64,000 nt of DNA from Terriglobales bacterium (GTDB lineage: Bacteria; Acidobacteriota; Terriglobia; Terriglobales; SCQP01), in NCBI GenBank assembly GCA_050747905.1, contig JBOGKQ010000005.1, positions 64,994 to 128,993 of the forward strand, given 5' to 3'. The notes under the pieces are model-generated. The model was not told the origin of the DNA and searched no databases. It worked only from the letters and a program-made list of their open reading frames with translations. Made by a program: the position numbers and the translations under genes. Shown here piece after piece: positions 1 to 8,767 of this stretch (positions within the stretch are counted from its first letter, which is position 1; every line of letters begins with the position of its first letter).

Positions 1-565
1 CGCGGCCCACTGCCTGTATGGCATCCACGTGGAAGGCCACGCGCGCCGCGCGGGCCAGCTTGGCGATTTCCTCCACCGGCTGCAGCACCCCGGTTTCGTT
101 GTTGGCCATCATGACCGAAATCAAGGCGGTGTCCGGCCGCAGCGCTGCGGTTACGTCGTCGGCGGCTACGCGACCCTGGTGGTCCGGCCGAAGCCAGGTG
201 ACCGGATGTCCAGCCTGCTCCAAATCCTCGAACACGTGCAGTACCGCATGATGCTCGATGCGGGTGGTGATCAGGTGCGCTGGAGGCGCCTGCGGGTGCG
301 ACTCCTGCCAGGCGCCCAGCAGGCCACGGATCGCCAGATTGTCGCTCTCGGTGCCACCGCTGGTGAACACGATCGCGCTCGCGGGTGCATGAATGAGCTC
401 CGCCACCTGGTTGCGCGCCTGTTCCAGAGCTGCCTTGGCCGCCTGCCCGCGCTGGTGAATCGAGCTGGCGTTGCCCAGCCCGCCATTTAGAGCCGGCAGC
501 ATCGCCTCCCGTACTTCCGGCAGCACCGGCGTGTTGGCGTTGTTGTCGAAATAGGCGGATAGCAT
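1..565 (-). CDS. cysteine desulfurase (NifS/IscS-type class V aminotransferase); N-terminal part only, gene runs off the left edge
   Basis: Own translation from ATG at 565-563: MLSAYFDNNANTPVLPEVREAMLPALNGGLGNASSIHQRGQAAKAALEQARNQVAELIHAPASAIVFTSGGTESDNLAIRG..., a canonical NifS/IscS N-terminus. Absent from the ORF track because no stop lies inside the window. Confidence 0.85.
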   Translation of the reverse strand, partial: MLSAYFDNNANTPVLPEVREAMLPALNGGLGNASSIHQRGQAAKAALEQARNQVAELIHAPASAIVFTSGGTESDNLAIRGLLGAWQESHPQAPPAHLITTRIEHHAVLHVFEDLEQAGHPVTWLRPDHQGRVAADDVTAALRPDTALISVMMANNETGVLQPVEEIAKLARAARVAFHVDAIQAVGR

Positions 566-600
566 GACAGGAGCCCCGGTTCCCATTTTATCGCGCACCG

Positions 601-1563
601 TCAGCGCGAACCGCCGCCGGCGGCTGGGCTGGGAGCATTGGCGTAGTAGCCGTTGCGCGCATGCACGGTGAGGTGCTTCTGGTGCTTGTCTTCCACTTCG
701 ACACGGATGGCGCGGAAACCTGCGCCGGTCTGGTTGGAATGGTAGGCGAAGCTGTACTGAGAGCGGATTTCCTTGGCCACTGCGAGCGTGATGGCATTCA
801 CCTGCTGCAGATCCCTGGGGAAATACGCGGCTCCGCCGGTGGCCTGGGCCAGGGCCTTGAGCGCCCGTTCGGCCTGATGGGTCATGGAGCGGGTGTTGTC
901 CTTATCCATGATGCCGATACAGTAGAGCAAGGGTGAATTCTTGGTCTGCAGCAGGCGCACGGTTTCTTCCAGGGTATAGCTGCTTTCGTCATCATCGCCG
1001 TCGGTGATGACCAGCATCACGTGCTTGTCGTTGCGGGCATTGTTGTTCATGTAATCGAGGGAGGCGATGGTGGCATCGTAGAGCGCCGTGCCGCCGCTCG
1101 ACTCGATGTGATCGAGCGCATCCTGCAACTTGGAGATGTTATTGGTGAAGGCGGCATCGAGATAATATTCGTCATTGAAGTTGACAATGAAGACCTCATC
1201 CTGCTGGTTGCTGGCCTTGACGAAGTTGAGGGCGGCGCGGTTCACTTCTGGCCGGCTGTCCTTCATGCTGCCGCTGTTGTCCACCAAAATGCCGACTGAG
1301 ACGGGCGCGTCCTCGTGGGCGAAGTACTCAATGCGCTGCGGCACTCCGTTTTCATAAATGGTGAAATCGGGCTGGGGCAGGTTCGTGACAGGCTGATCCT
1401 TTTTATTGACCACCGTGGCATGCACCAGCACTTCGCCCACGTTGGCGTGGAATACATAGGGCGTTTGTTGCGCCGGCAGAGCCGGCGCGCCCTGTGCTTG
1501 CGCTGCCGCCAGCACCAGCACCGGCACCAGAGCCATGCCCATGACCGTGCGCAACGCGGTCAT
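601..1563 (-). CDS. secreted VWA (von Willebrand factor A) domain protein, acidobacterial VWFA-related type
   Basis: 320 aa. Signal peptide (MGMALVPVLVLAAAQAQG), MIDAS-like VDNSGSM, later ITDGDDDESS. Tandem paralog downstream. Confidence 0.8.
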   Translation of the reverse strand: MTALRTVMGMALVPVLVLAAAQAQGAPALPAQQTPYVFHANVGEVLVHATVVNKKDQPVTNLPQPDFTIYENGVPQRIEYFAHEDAPVSVGILVDNSGSMKDSRPEVNRAALNFVKASNQQDEVFIVNFNDEYYLDAAFTNNISKLQDALDHIESSGGTALYDATIASLDYMNNNARNDKHVMLVITDGDDDESSYTLEETVRLLQTKNSPLLYCIGIMDKDNTRSMTHQAERALKALAQATGGAAYFPRDLQQVNAITLAVAKEIRSQYSFAYHSNQTGAGFRAIRVEVEDKHQKHLTVHARNGYYANAPSPAAGGGSR

Positions 1564-2660
1564 GGATGGGGCCCGTAATATCCTTGCCGGGCGGAGACGG
1601 TGAGCGGCGGCAGTCCTGCCGGCGGATGCAGCTTAACCACGATTTTGCGCCACTTGCCGTTAGCGCTGTGATTGGTGGGCGCGTAGCCCAGCATGTACTC
1701 GTTGCGCAGCTCGATGCCGATTTTGGTGGCGGTGTCGGCGAGCTCGTCAGCATCATCAATTTCGAAGGTTTTGCCTCCTGTGGATTCGCTGATCTGGTCC
1801 AGCAGTTCCGGGCCGTTCTGTTCTGCCAGAGTGGGCCGCTCGCCGGAGGGGTTGTAGAGACCGATGCCGTAGATCTGCACATTGGCCTCGCGCACCACCC
1901 GTTCGACATCGCGCAGGCTGTAGCGGCTGTGATTGTCGCCTCCGTCGGAGATGATCAACAGCGCGCGGCGCTGGTACTTTGCGTAGCGCATTTGCGCCAG
2001 CGCCATGTACACGGCATCCAGCAGCGCCGTACGCCCGCCCGCCTGCACGAAAGTGACTGCATCTTCGATCTTGTCAATGTTGTCGGTGAAACTGCACAGC
2101 AGGCGCGGCTCGTCGGCAAAATCGATCAGAAAGAATTGATCCTGGGGATTCGCGGTCTGGAAGAATTGAATCAGGGCCTGGCGCGATTCCTGGATTTTGT
2201 TATTCATGCTGCCGCTGGAGTCAAAGACTACGCCCACGGAAATGGGAGCATCCTGGGTGGAAAACGTGGTGATGGTCTGCGGCACGTTGTCTTCACGGAG
2301 AGTGAAAAACTGCTTTTCCAGCCCGGTGACCATGCGGTTGAGCGGATCGGTGATCACGACCGGCACCAGAACGAGGTTTACGTTGGAATTGAACTGAGGC
2401 GTACCTGACCGTTCGTGGGCAGCCTCGCGGGCTTCGGCAGCCGTGGGAGCCGGCGACGCTTTCGGGGTCACGCCTCCGGGCACCACCGCGGCGCTGCCTG
2501 GCGTGATGAGCACCGGTGCGCGCGGGGCCGCCGGGTTTTTCGGCTTTTGACTCTGCTGCTGGGTTCCCTGGGCCAAGGCGGGGATTCCGCCTAGTCCAGC
2601 TGTCAGCAGCAAGCAAGCCAGCGAGCGGAGGAGTTGGGTGAAAGCACGGCGACCAACCAT
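1560..2660 (-). CDS. secreted VWA domain protein (paralog of 601-1563)
   Basis: 366 aa. Signal peptide, FDSSGSM MIDAS motif, ISDGGDNHS. 4-nt overlap with the downstream paralog. Confidence 0.8.
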   Translation of the reverse strand: MVGRRAFTQLLRSLACLLLTAGLGGIPALAQGTQQQSQKPKNPAAPRAPVLITPGSAAVVPGGVTPKASPAPTAAEAREAAHERSGTPQFNSNVNLVLVPVVITDPLNRMVTGLEKQFFTLREDNVPQTITTFSTQDAPISVGVVFDSSGSMNNKIQESRQALIQFFQTANPQDQFFLIDFADEPRLLCSFTDNIDKIEDAVTFVQAGGRTALLDAVYMALAQMRYAKYQRRALLIISDGGDNHSRYSLRDVERVVREANVQIYGIGLYNPSGERPTLAEQNGPELLDQISESTGGKTFEIDDADELADTATKIGIELRNEYMLGYAPTNHSANGKWRKIVVKLHPPAGLPPLTVSARQGYYGPHP

Positions 2661-2768
2661 GGTTGCGCTGGGGACCTCGCAAAGAGCCTTAACCAGACAT
2701 TAGCACCGAGCGAGTATGAAGAAAAGGCCATCTGCAGTTGCAGTGTAAGGTAATCTTCGGGGAAGCCC

Positions 2769-4178
2769 ATGAGCAGCCCGGCCCCGAACCAAATCAAGCA
2801 GCGGGTCGCCTTGATTTCCGTCCTAGTGGCCGTGGGCATATTTATTTTCAAGCTCCTGGTCGGCCTCCACACGCGCAGCATGGGGATCCTGGCCGAGGCG
2901 GCCCATTCGGCGCTGGATTTGCTTGCCACCTTACTGACTTGGGTTTCGTTGGGCATTGCTGCCCGCCCCGCCGACGCCAATCACCCGTTTGGCCACGGGA
3001 AATTTGAAAATTTTTCCGCTTTTCTCGAAACCGGCTTGCTGGTGCTGACCGCGCTGGCGATTGCCGGTATAGCTTTCGGCCAATGGATCAGTGGGCAAAT
3101 TTCGCCGGTGCACTTGGATGGCTGGGCGTTTGCGGTCATGTTCGTCTCGATCGGCGTGGACTGGAGCCGGTCGCACATGCTGCGGCGCGCAGCGCTCACC
3201 TACCACAGCGATGCGCTCGCCGCCGATGCGCTGAACTTCACCACCGACATGGCCTCGAGTGTCGCGGTGCTGGTGGGTCTAGGGCTGGTAGGAGCAGGTC
3301 AACTCTGGAGCATCGCCTGGCTGCTGCACGCCGATGCCGCGGCCGCGCTCGTGGTTGCGGCTACCATCATCTGGCTAGCACTGCGGCTGGGCCGCCGCAC
3401 CGCGGGCATCCTGCTCGACGAAGCTCCGCCGGAGCTGGTGCGCGAAGTGCGCGCGGCGCTGCAGGGCATTGCGGGCATGGCCGAGATCGAACGTCTGCGC
3501 CTGCGGCGCGTGGGCAGCCGCTATTTTGTAGACGCACAATTGGATGTGCTGCCCACAACCACGCTGGAAGGCGCCGGGGTGGTGAAAGAGAAGGCAGCCG
3601 CTCGCATCCGACAGCGCCTGCCGGAGGCGGATATCGTCATTGAAGCCCGGCCGCACCGCTCTGCTCTTGCGGGCCCGTTCGAGCGCATCCAGGAAATTGC
3701 CCAGCGCCAGAACCAGAACATCCACGATCTATCCATCTTCAATGCCGGCGAGGGGCTCGAGGTCGAATTCCATTTGGAGTTGGACGCCGACTTGCCGCTG
3801 GCGGAAGCGCATAACCGGGTCAGCCGCCTGGAGGCGGATATGCGCCGCGAGCTGCCGGCCATTCACGGCATTGTCACGCATATCGAACCCGAAGAAGCGC
3901 GCATCAGCGCGGCCAGCACGCTGGCGCCCGACCTCATCGCCGCCCAGGTGCAGCAGCTTGCGGCTCGGGTGCCCCAGCTTTTCGATTGCCACGATGTTCA
4001 GGTCCGCCGCGCCGGCGGGCATTTGCTGCTGAGCTGTCATTGCAGTTTTCCCGACACTCTGCCGGTTGCCGCCGTGCATGAACGGGTGACGCAGTTGGAA
4101 GCCGAAATCAAGCGCCGACTGCCGGAACTGTTCCGCGTGACCATCCATCCGGAGCCCAGCTCCGACAATCGCCGATAG
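2769..4178 (+). CDS. cation diffusion facilitator (CDF) family metal efflux transporter with three tandem C-terminal cytoplasmic domains
   Basis: 469 aa. TM region with HSALDLLATLL and DANHPFGHGKFE motifs, followed by three alpha/beta CTD-like repeats. TAG stop. Confidence 0.85.
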   Translation: MSSPAPNQIKQRVALISVLVAVGIFIFKLLVGLHTRSMGILAEAAHSALDLLATLLTWVSLGIAARPADANHPFGHGKFENFSAFLETGLLVLTALAIAGIAFGQWISGQISPVHLDGWAFAVMFVSIGVDWSRSHMLRRAALTYHSDALAADALNFTTDMASSVAVLVGLGLVGAGQLWSIAWLLHADAAAALVVAATIIWLALRLGRRTAGILLDEAPPELVREVRAALQGIAGMAEIERLRLRRVGSRYFVDAQLDVLPTTTLEGAGVVKEKAAARIRQRLPEADIVIEARPHRSALAGPFERIQEIAQRQNQNIHDLSIFNAGEGLEVEFHLELDADLPLAEAHNRVSRLEADMRRELPAIHGIVTHIEPEEARISAASTLAPDLIAAQVQQLAARVPQLFDCHDVQVRRAGGHLLLSCHCSFPDTLPVAAVHERVTQLEAEIKRRLPELFRVTIHPEPSSDNRR

Positions 4179-4191
4179 AATAAGAGTAGCC

Positions 4192-4638
4192 ATGCCGCCG
4201 ACTGCTCCTACTCCCGCGCCCGTAAAAGCCGCTGCCAGCGCCCAGTGGCGCGGCGGCGAAGCCTTTCTGACCCACGGCGCGAGCGGCCATGCCGTCCTTA
4301 TGGATTCCGATCGCGCCACCAACGCCGCGCCGGGCCCGATGGAGATGGTGCTGCGCAGTTTGTGCGCCTGCTCGGCCACCGACATCGTGATCGTACTGCG
4401 CAAGACACGCCAAGATTGGAGCGGCGTCGAGGTCAGCGCCGAGGGTGAACGCGCACCCGATCCACCCACCGTGTATACGCGCGTTCATATGAACTACCGC
4501 ATTCGCGGCGCGAGGGTGGACCGGGCGGTGGCCGAAAGGGCAGTGAAGCTGTCGCAGGAAAAATACTGCAGCGTGCTGGCGACGCTCCGGCACACGGCCA
4601 GCATCACCCATACGCTGATTGTGGAGCCCGCACCGTGA
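4192..4638 (+). CDS. OsmC family peroxiredoxin-like protein
   Basis: 148 aa. MEMVLRSLCACSATDIV ... KLSQEKYCSVLATL, the typical two-Cys OsmC/Ohr pattern. Confidence 0.8.
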   Translation: MPPTAPTPAPVKAAASAQWRGGEAFLTHGASGHAVLMDSDRATNAAPGPMEMVLRSLCACSATDIVIVLRKTRQDWSGVEVSAEGERAPDPPTVYTRVHMNYRIRGARVDRAVAERAVKLSQEKYCSVLATLRHTASITHTLIVEPAP

Positions 4639-5084
4639 GTACCCGCCGCCACCGTCCCATCATGGATGGCCGCGAAGCGGCCTTGCAGATGATTTATGCC
4701 GTCGATCTGGGTGGCCAGGGCGCCGCCACTGTCGCGCACTGGTACTTGCAGGCTCATCCCTTGACGGAGGAAGCTGCGGCACTCGCCTCGGCATTGCTGG
4801 AGGCGGTGGGGGATCGCAAGGATGAAATTGAGGCGGTCATCGAACGCCACGCGATCGGTTGGCGCCTAGTCCGGATGAGCGCCGTAGACCGCAGCCTGTT
4901 GAAGCTGGCGGTGGCGGAGCTATTGTTACATCCGCGCGCTTCGGCGCGAACGGTCATCCAGGCTGCGGCGCGGCTGGCCCATAAGTATAGCCAGCCGGAA
5001 GCGGAAGCGTTTGTGCGTGGATTGCTGGAAGCGGTAGCACGCGAGTTGGCATCCGAACCGGAGGTGATCCGCCATGCCCAATAA
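4635..5084 (+). CDS. nusB: transcription antitermination factor NusB
   Basis: 149 aa. REAALQMIYAVDL ... RMSAVDRSLLKLAVAELL, the NusB signature. 4-nt overlap with OsmC. Confidence 0.85.
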   Translation: MSTRRHRPIMDGREAALQMIYAVDLGGQGAATVAHWYLQAHPLTEEAAALASALLEAVGDRKDEIEAVIERHAIGWRLVRMSAVDRSLLKLAVAELLLHPRASARTVIQAAARLAHKYSQPEAEAFVRGLLEAVARELASEPEVIRHAQ

Positions 5085-6147
5085 GAAGAAGGTAGCTCAG
5101 CAGTGCGTGCGCGCCGCCGCGGCCCTCGGCGGTATCGGACTGGCCAGCGCATCGGTGGCCGTAGCGGGTTTGGCTTGGGGTTATCAGGTCTGGCGCGAGC
5201 GCAGGCGGGTAGACTGGACGGGTAAGGTTGTGCTGATTAGTGGCTCACGCGGATTGGGCTACGCCATTGCCCGCGAGTTTGTAAACAGCGGCGCCCGCGT
5301 GGCGATCTGCGCCCGCGATCCCGACGAGTTGGAGCGGGCGGCGGGCAAACTGCAGCCGCACGCCGGCCCCTCTGGCGGCGTGTTTCAGTTTTCCTGCAAC
5401 CTGCGTGAGCCCGCCGCCGCCGCCGCCGCGGTGGATGCGGTGCGCCGGCATTGGGGTCCGCTCGACGTGCTGGTTCATAACGCGGGCGTGATCCAGCTGG
5501 GTCCCTGGGACAGCATGACGGAAGCGGATTTTGCCGAAGCCATGGAGATTCACTTCTGGGCGGCGCTGCGCCTGGCGCGCGCCACGCTGCCGGAAATGAT
5601 CGCCCGCGGCAGTGGCCGCATCGTCAATATCAGTTCGATTGGCGGGCTGGTGGCCGTGCCCCATATGCTGCCCTATACCGCCAGCAAGTTCGCGTTGGTG
5701 GGCTTGTCGCAGGGCCTGGCCAGCGAAGTGCGCCGCCACGGTGTGCGCGTAACTTGCGTTTGTCCATTTCTCACCCGCACCGGCTCGCAGGAACACGTGA
5801 CCGTACGCGGCCGCCACGACCAGGAGTACGCCTGGTTTGCGACCTCCGGCAGCCTGCCGGGTTTATCGCAATCGGCCGCTCACGTCGCGCGCACGGTCGT
5901 GCGCGTGGCCGAGCGAGGTCCGGCGCAGGTCACGCTGGCGCTGCCGGGCAAGCTCGCTGCGCTCGCCCATGGCATTGCGCCCTCGACGGTGACTGCGCTG
6001 ATGGCGCAGGCCGGGCGCCTGCTGCCGCAGCCGCAAGCCGCCGAAGGCGCCGAAGTCCGCTCCGGCCGTGACAGCTACAACCCCTGGACCAGCCGCATCA
6101 TCCGGCCCCTGGTGCAGCAGGCCGGCAGCCACCTCAATCAGGTCTAA
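5074..6147 (+). CDS. SDR family oxidoreductase with N-terminal membrane anchor
   Basis: 357 aa. ISGSRGLGYAIA (TGxxxGxG-like), NAG, YTASKFAL (YxxxK). Confidence 0.8.
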   Translation: MPNKKKVAQQCVRAAAALGGIGLASASVAVAGLAWGYQVWRERRRVDWTGKVVLISGSRGLGYAIAREFVNSGARVAICARDPDELERAAGKLQPHAGPSGGVFQFSCNLREPAAAAAAVDAVRRHWGPLDVLVHNAGVIQLGPWDSMTEADFAEAMEIHFWAALRLARATLPEMIARGSGRIVNISSIGGLVAVPHMLPYTASKFALVGLSQGLASEVRRHGVRVTCVCPFLTRTGSQEHVTVRGRHDQEYAWFATSGSLPGLSQSAAHVARTVVRVAERGPAQVTLALPGKLAALAHGIAPSTVTALMAQAGRLLPQPQAAEGAEVRSGRDSYNPWTSRIIRPLVQQAGSHLNQV

Positions 6148-6429
6148 CTCGCAGCAGCCGCCGGCGACGGAGGGAAGAATTAGGATTTCGTCCTTGGGGG
6201 CGAACTGGTAGGTGCTGCCGCCCAGGAAGCGGATGTCCTCGTCGTTGACGTAGACGTTGAAAAAGCGGCGCGGGCGGCCGTCGGGCTCGCAGAGCCGGTG
6301 CTTGAGTTCCGGGAAGCGCGTGGTCAGCTCCGTGAGCAGGGCCGGCAGCGTGGCGGCATCGCAAGCCACGGTTTCGGCGCCATCGGTGAACTTTCGCAGC
6401 GGGGTGGGGATTGTGACGGTGCAGGACAT
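5863..6429 (-). CDS. MoaD/ThiS-family ubiquitin-like sulfur-carrier protein; beta-grasp core is codons 1-91 (6157-6429), and the ORF continues 97 codons past the Gly-Gly
   Basis: About 90-aa core ending ILILPSVAGG, directly downstream of the ThrC paralog in the same riboswitch-controlled unit. The tail is antisense to the SDR 3' end. Confidence 0.65.
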   Translation of the reverse strand: MSCTVTIPTPLRKFTDGAETVACDAATLPALLTELTTRFPELKHRLCEPDGRPRRFFNVYVNDEDIRFLGGSTYQFAPKDEILILPSVAGGCCELDLIEVAAGLLHQGPDDAAGPGVVAVTAGADFGAFGGLRLRQQAPGLRHQRSHRRGRNAMGERSELARQRQRDLRRTSLGHAHDRARDVSGRLR

Positions 6430-6441
6430 GGCTGGTCTCCT

Positions 6442-7710
6442 TCAGGCGGCGCTGGGCGTGAGGGCGGGCGGCAGCGGCGCGGCTAAATAGGCTTCGAGGT
6501 TGCTGAGCTTGGGCGCCAGCACGGGAATAGGGGCCTGGATTCGGCTCACGGCATCGAGGGTCTTCAGACCGTTGCCGGTGATCACCAGGACCAGCGGACG
6601 GTCGCTGGCGATGCGCTGTTGCGCAATCAGCTTCTGTGCCACCGCTACGGTCACGCCCGCGGCGGTTTCGCCGAAGATTCCTTCTGTGCGCGCCAGCAAC
6701 TGCATGCCGGCGACGATTTCGGCATCACTGGCGTCCTCCGCCCAGCCGCCGGTCTGGCGGATGGTCCGGGCCGCGTAAAAGCCATCCGCAGGGTTGCCAA
6801 CGGCCAGCGAGCGGGCCATGGTGTTGGGCCGCTGCGGAGCAATCTCTTCACGGCCCTCCTTGACCGCGCGGCTGATGGGCGAGCAGCCCGAGGCCTGGGC
6901 GCCGCAGATGCGCACGCCCTCGCCCGGTGAGGCCACCCAACCAAGCTGCCGCAACTCATTAAACGCCTTGGCGATTTTGCCAATCAGCGAGCCGCCCGCC
7001 ATCGGGCATACCAGCGCGCCCGGCAGACGCCAGCCCATCTGTTCGGCAATCTCGTAGCCGACCGTCTTGGAGCCTTCGGCATAGTAGGGCCGCAAGTTCA
7101 CATTGACGATGCCCCAGGGATAGCGCTGTGCCAGCTCGGAACAGAGCCGGTTGACGTGGTCGTAGTTTCCGCGAAACTTGATCAGGCGCGCGCCATAGAC
7201 AAGGGTGTTGACAATTTTGGCTTCTTCGAGATCGGCGGGCGTGAAGATATAACTTTCAAAGCCTTCCGCGGCCGCGCCCGCCGCCAGCGCATTGGCCAGA
7301 TTGCCGGTGGAGGAGCAGGCGACGGTGGTGAAGCCAAACTCGCGCGCCTTGCTCAGCGCAGTGGCGACGACGCGATCCTTGAAGGAAAGCGTCGGAAAAT
7401 TGACGGCGTCGTTTTTGAGGTAGAGCTCGCGCACGCCCAGCGCTTTTGCCAGCGCCGGCGCGGCCACCAGAGGCGTGCCCCCGACCGGGCGCTCGCGCGG
7501 GTGTGGCTGCGCCGGGACGGGTAAGAGCTCGCGATAGCGCCAAAGCGTATGTGGCCGGCCGGCCAAACTCTGGGGCGAGACCGCGTGGCCGATGCCCTCG
7601 AGGTCGTAGCGGACGTCGAGCGGCGCAAAACACTCGTCGCAGGCCGCCAGGGGTTGAGAAGGAAACTGTTTACCGCAGTCGCGGCAGTGCAAGCCCAACT
7701 CGAAGCTCAT
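6442..7710 (-). CDS. threonine-synthase-family PLP enzyme (thrC paralog, candidate MetM-like homocysteine synthase) with N-terminal zinc ribbon
   Basis: Start reassigned to ATG 7710 (AAGGAG RBS 7 nt upstream). CRDCGKQF..CDEC ribbon, PTLSFKDR PLP-lysine motif. The track ORF to 7914 runs through the riboswitch. Confidence 0.8.
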   Translation of the reverse strand: MSFELGLHCRDCGKQFPSQPLAACDECFAPLDVRYDLEGIGHAVSPQSLAGRPHTLWRYRELLPVPAQPHPRERPVGGTPLVAAPALAKALGVRELYLKNDAVNFPTLSFKDRVVATALSKAREFGFTTVACSSTGNLANALAAGAAAEGFESYIFTPADLEEAKIVNTLVYGARLIKFRGNYDHVNRLCSELAQRYPWGIVNVNLRPYYAEGSKTVGYEIAEQMGWRLPGALVCPMAGGSLIGKIAKAFNELRQLGWVASPGEGVRICGAQASGCSPISRAVKEGREEIAPQRPNTMARSLAVGNPADGFYAARTIRQTGGWAEDASDAEIVAGMQLLARTEGIFGETAAGVTVAVAQKLIAQQRIASDRPLVLVITGNGLKTLDAVSRIQAPIPVLAPKLSNLEAYLAAPLPPALTPSAA

Positions 7711-7731
7711 GCCATTCTCCTTATGCCCAAT

Positions 7732-7759
7732 AAAAAACCTCTTCCCGGAGGGGAAGAGG
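7732..7759 (-). terminator. intrinsic terminator of the riboswitch expression platform
   Basis: CCTCTTCCC-CTCC-GGGAAGAGG hairpin followed by TTTTTT, 20 nt before the RBS. Confidence 0.85.
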
Positions 7760-7925
7760 AGGTTGAAAGGCTGAGTGGCGTTTGCTTCACACAGCCCCAT
7801 CTCATCTTTCCCCTCGGGGCCTTGCGGGCCCTTGCGGGCAGGAATTGGCACCTCGACGTTCCGCCATTGCGGAACCGGTTGCCGTGGCTTCACAGGGCCT
7901 GTTCCCTCAGCCACTCTTGATAAGA
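7732..7925 (-). promoter_or_regulatory. SAM-I (S-box) riboswitch: aptamer 7800-7925 plus terminator expression platform
   Basis: Minus strand reads TCTTATCAAGAGTGGCTGAGGGAACAGGCCCTGTGAAGCCACGGCAACC...GGTGCCAATTCC...GAAAGATGAGA. This matches the conserved SAM-I core almost position for position. Confidence 0.9.
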
Positions 7926-7999
7926 TTCAGGGGTACTGAATCAGGCTATTCAATTGTCGCTTGCAGTATCGCCGCGGTGGGAGAGCAAGTCAAGCCTCA

Positions 8000-8767
8000 A
8001 TGGCCATAAAAATCAGCATAACGCCTGCAGAACCTGCCCTCCGCCATTGGGCCGCGGCGGCCGCGGACGTGGTGGCAGAGGTGCTAAGAGCCAAGCCGGC
8101 GGCGCGCATCGGGCTCCCGACGGGCGAGTCGCCCTTGCCCGTATACGCGGAGTTGCGGCGCCGCCATAGTGCGGGCGGGCTCGATAGTACCGGCATGCGC
8201 CTGGTGATGCTGGACGAGTATCTTGACCCGCCGCGCGAGTCGCTTACGTCGTGGTCGTGGCTCGGGCGCGAGTTGCTTGTGCCGCTGGGAGTAACTCCGG
8301 AGCGCGTGTTGCGCCTGCCCTGGCAGGGCGCCGGCATCGAGGCGGCTTGCGCGGAGTTTGAACGCGAGCTGGCCCGCGGCGGCGGTTGCGATCTGCAACT
8401 GCTTGGCCTGGGCGCCAACGGCCATATCGGCTTCAACGAGCCCGGCTCACCGCTGGATTCGCGCACGCGGGTGGTGGTGTTGACGCCGGCCACGGCTGCC
8501 GTTAACCGCGCGTACTGGAACGGTGCGTTCGAGCCGGAACGGGCGGTGACGCAGGGGCTAGCCACCATTCTGTCGGCCCGCCGAATCCTTCTGCTGGTGC
8601 GCGGCGGCGCCAAAGCTGCGATTCTGCGGCGGGCTCTGTTGGGACCGAGCGGGGGGGAGCTTCCCGGCGCGTGTTTGCGCACCGCGGCGAGCCTACAGGT
8701 GCTGGCGGATGAGGCCGCTGCGGCGGCTCTGCCGCAATCGGCAGATTACAATATCGAATGGCTTTGA
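8000..8767 (+). CDS. nagB: glucosamine-6-phosphate deaminase family protein
   Basis: GLPTGESPLPVY and DLQLLGLGANGHIGFNEPGS motifs (NagB rather than 6PGL type). Start could alternatively be 7961. Confidence 0.7.
   Translation: MAIKISITPAEPALRHWAAAAADVVAEVLRAKPAARIGLPTGESPLPVYAELRRRHSAGGLDSTGMRLVMLDEYLDPPRESLTSWSWLGRELLVPLGVTPERVLRLPWQGAGIEAACAEFERELARGGGCDLQLLGLGANGHIGFNEPGSPLDSRTRVVVLTPATAAVNRAYWNGAFEPERAVTQGLATILSARRILLLVRGGAKAAILRRALLGPSGGELPGACLRTAASLQVLADEAAAAALPQSADYNIEWL

Noticed and set aside
7711-7914. N-terminal 68-codon extension of the thrC-paralog ORF as given in the track (start at 7914).
   Set aside because: The extension is the SAM-I riboswitch and its terminator read as protein. 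A good RBS and ATG occur at 7710.
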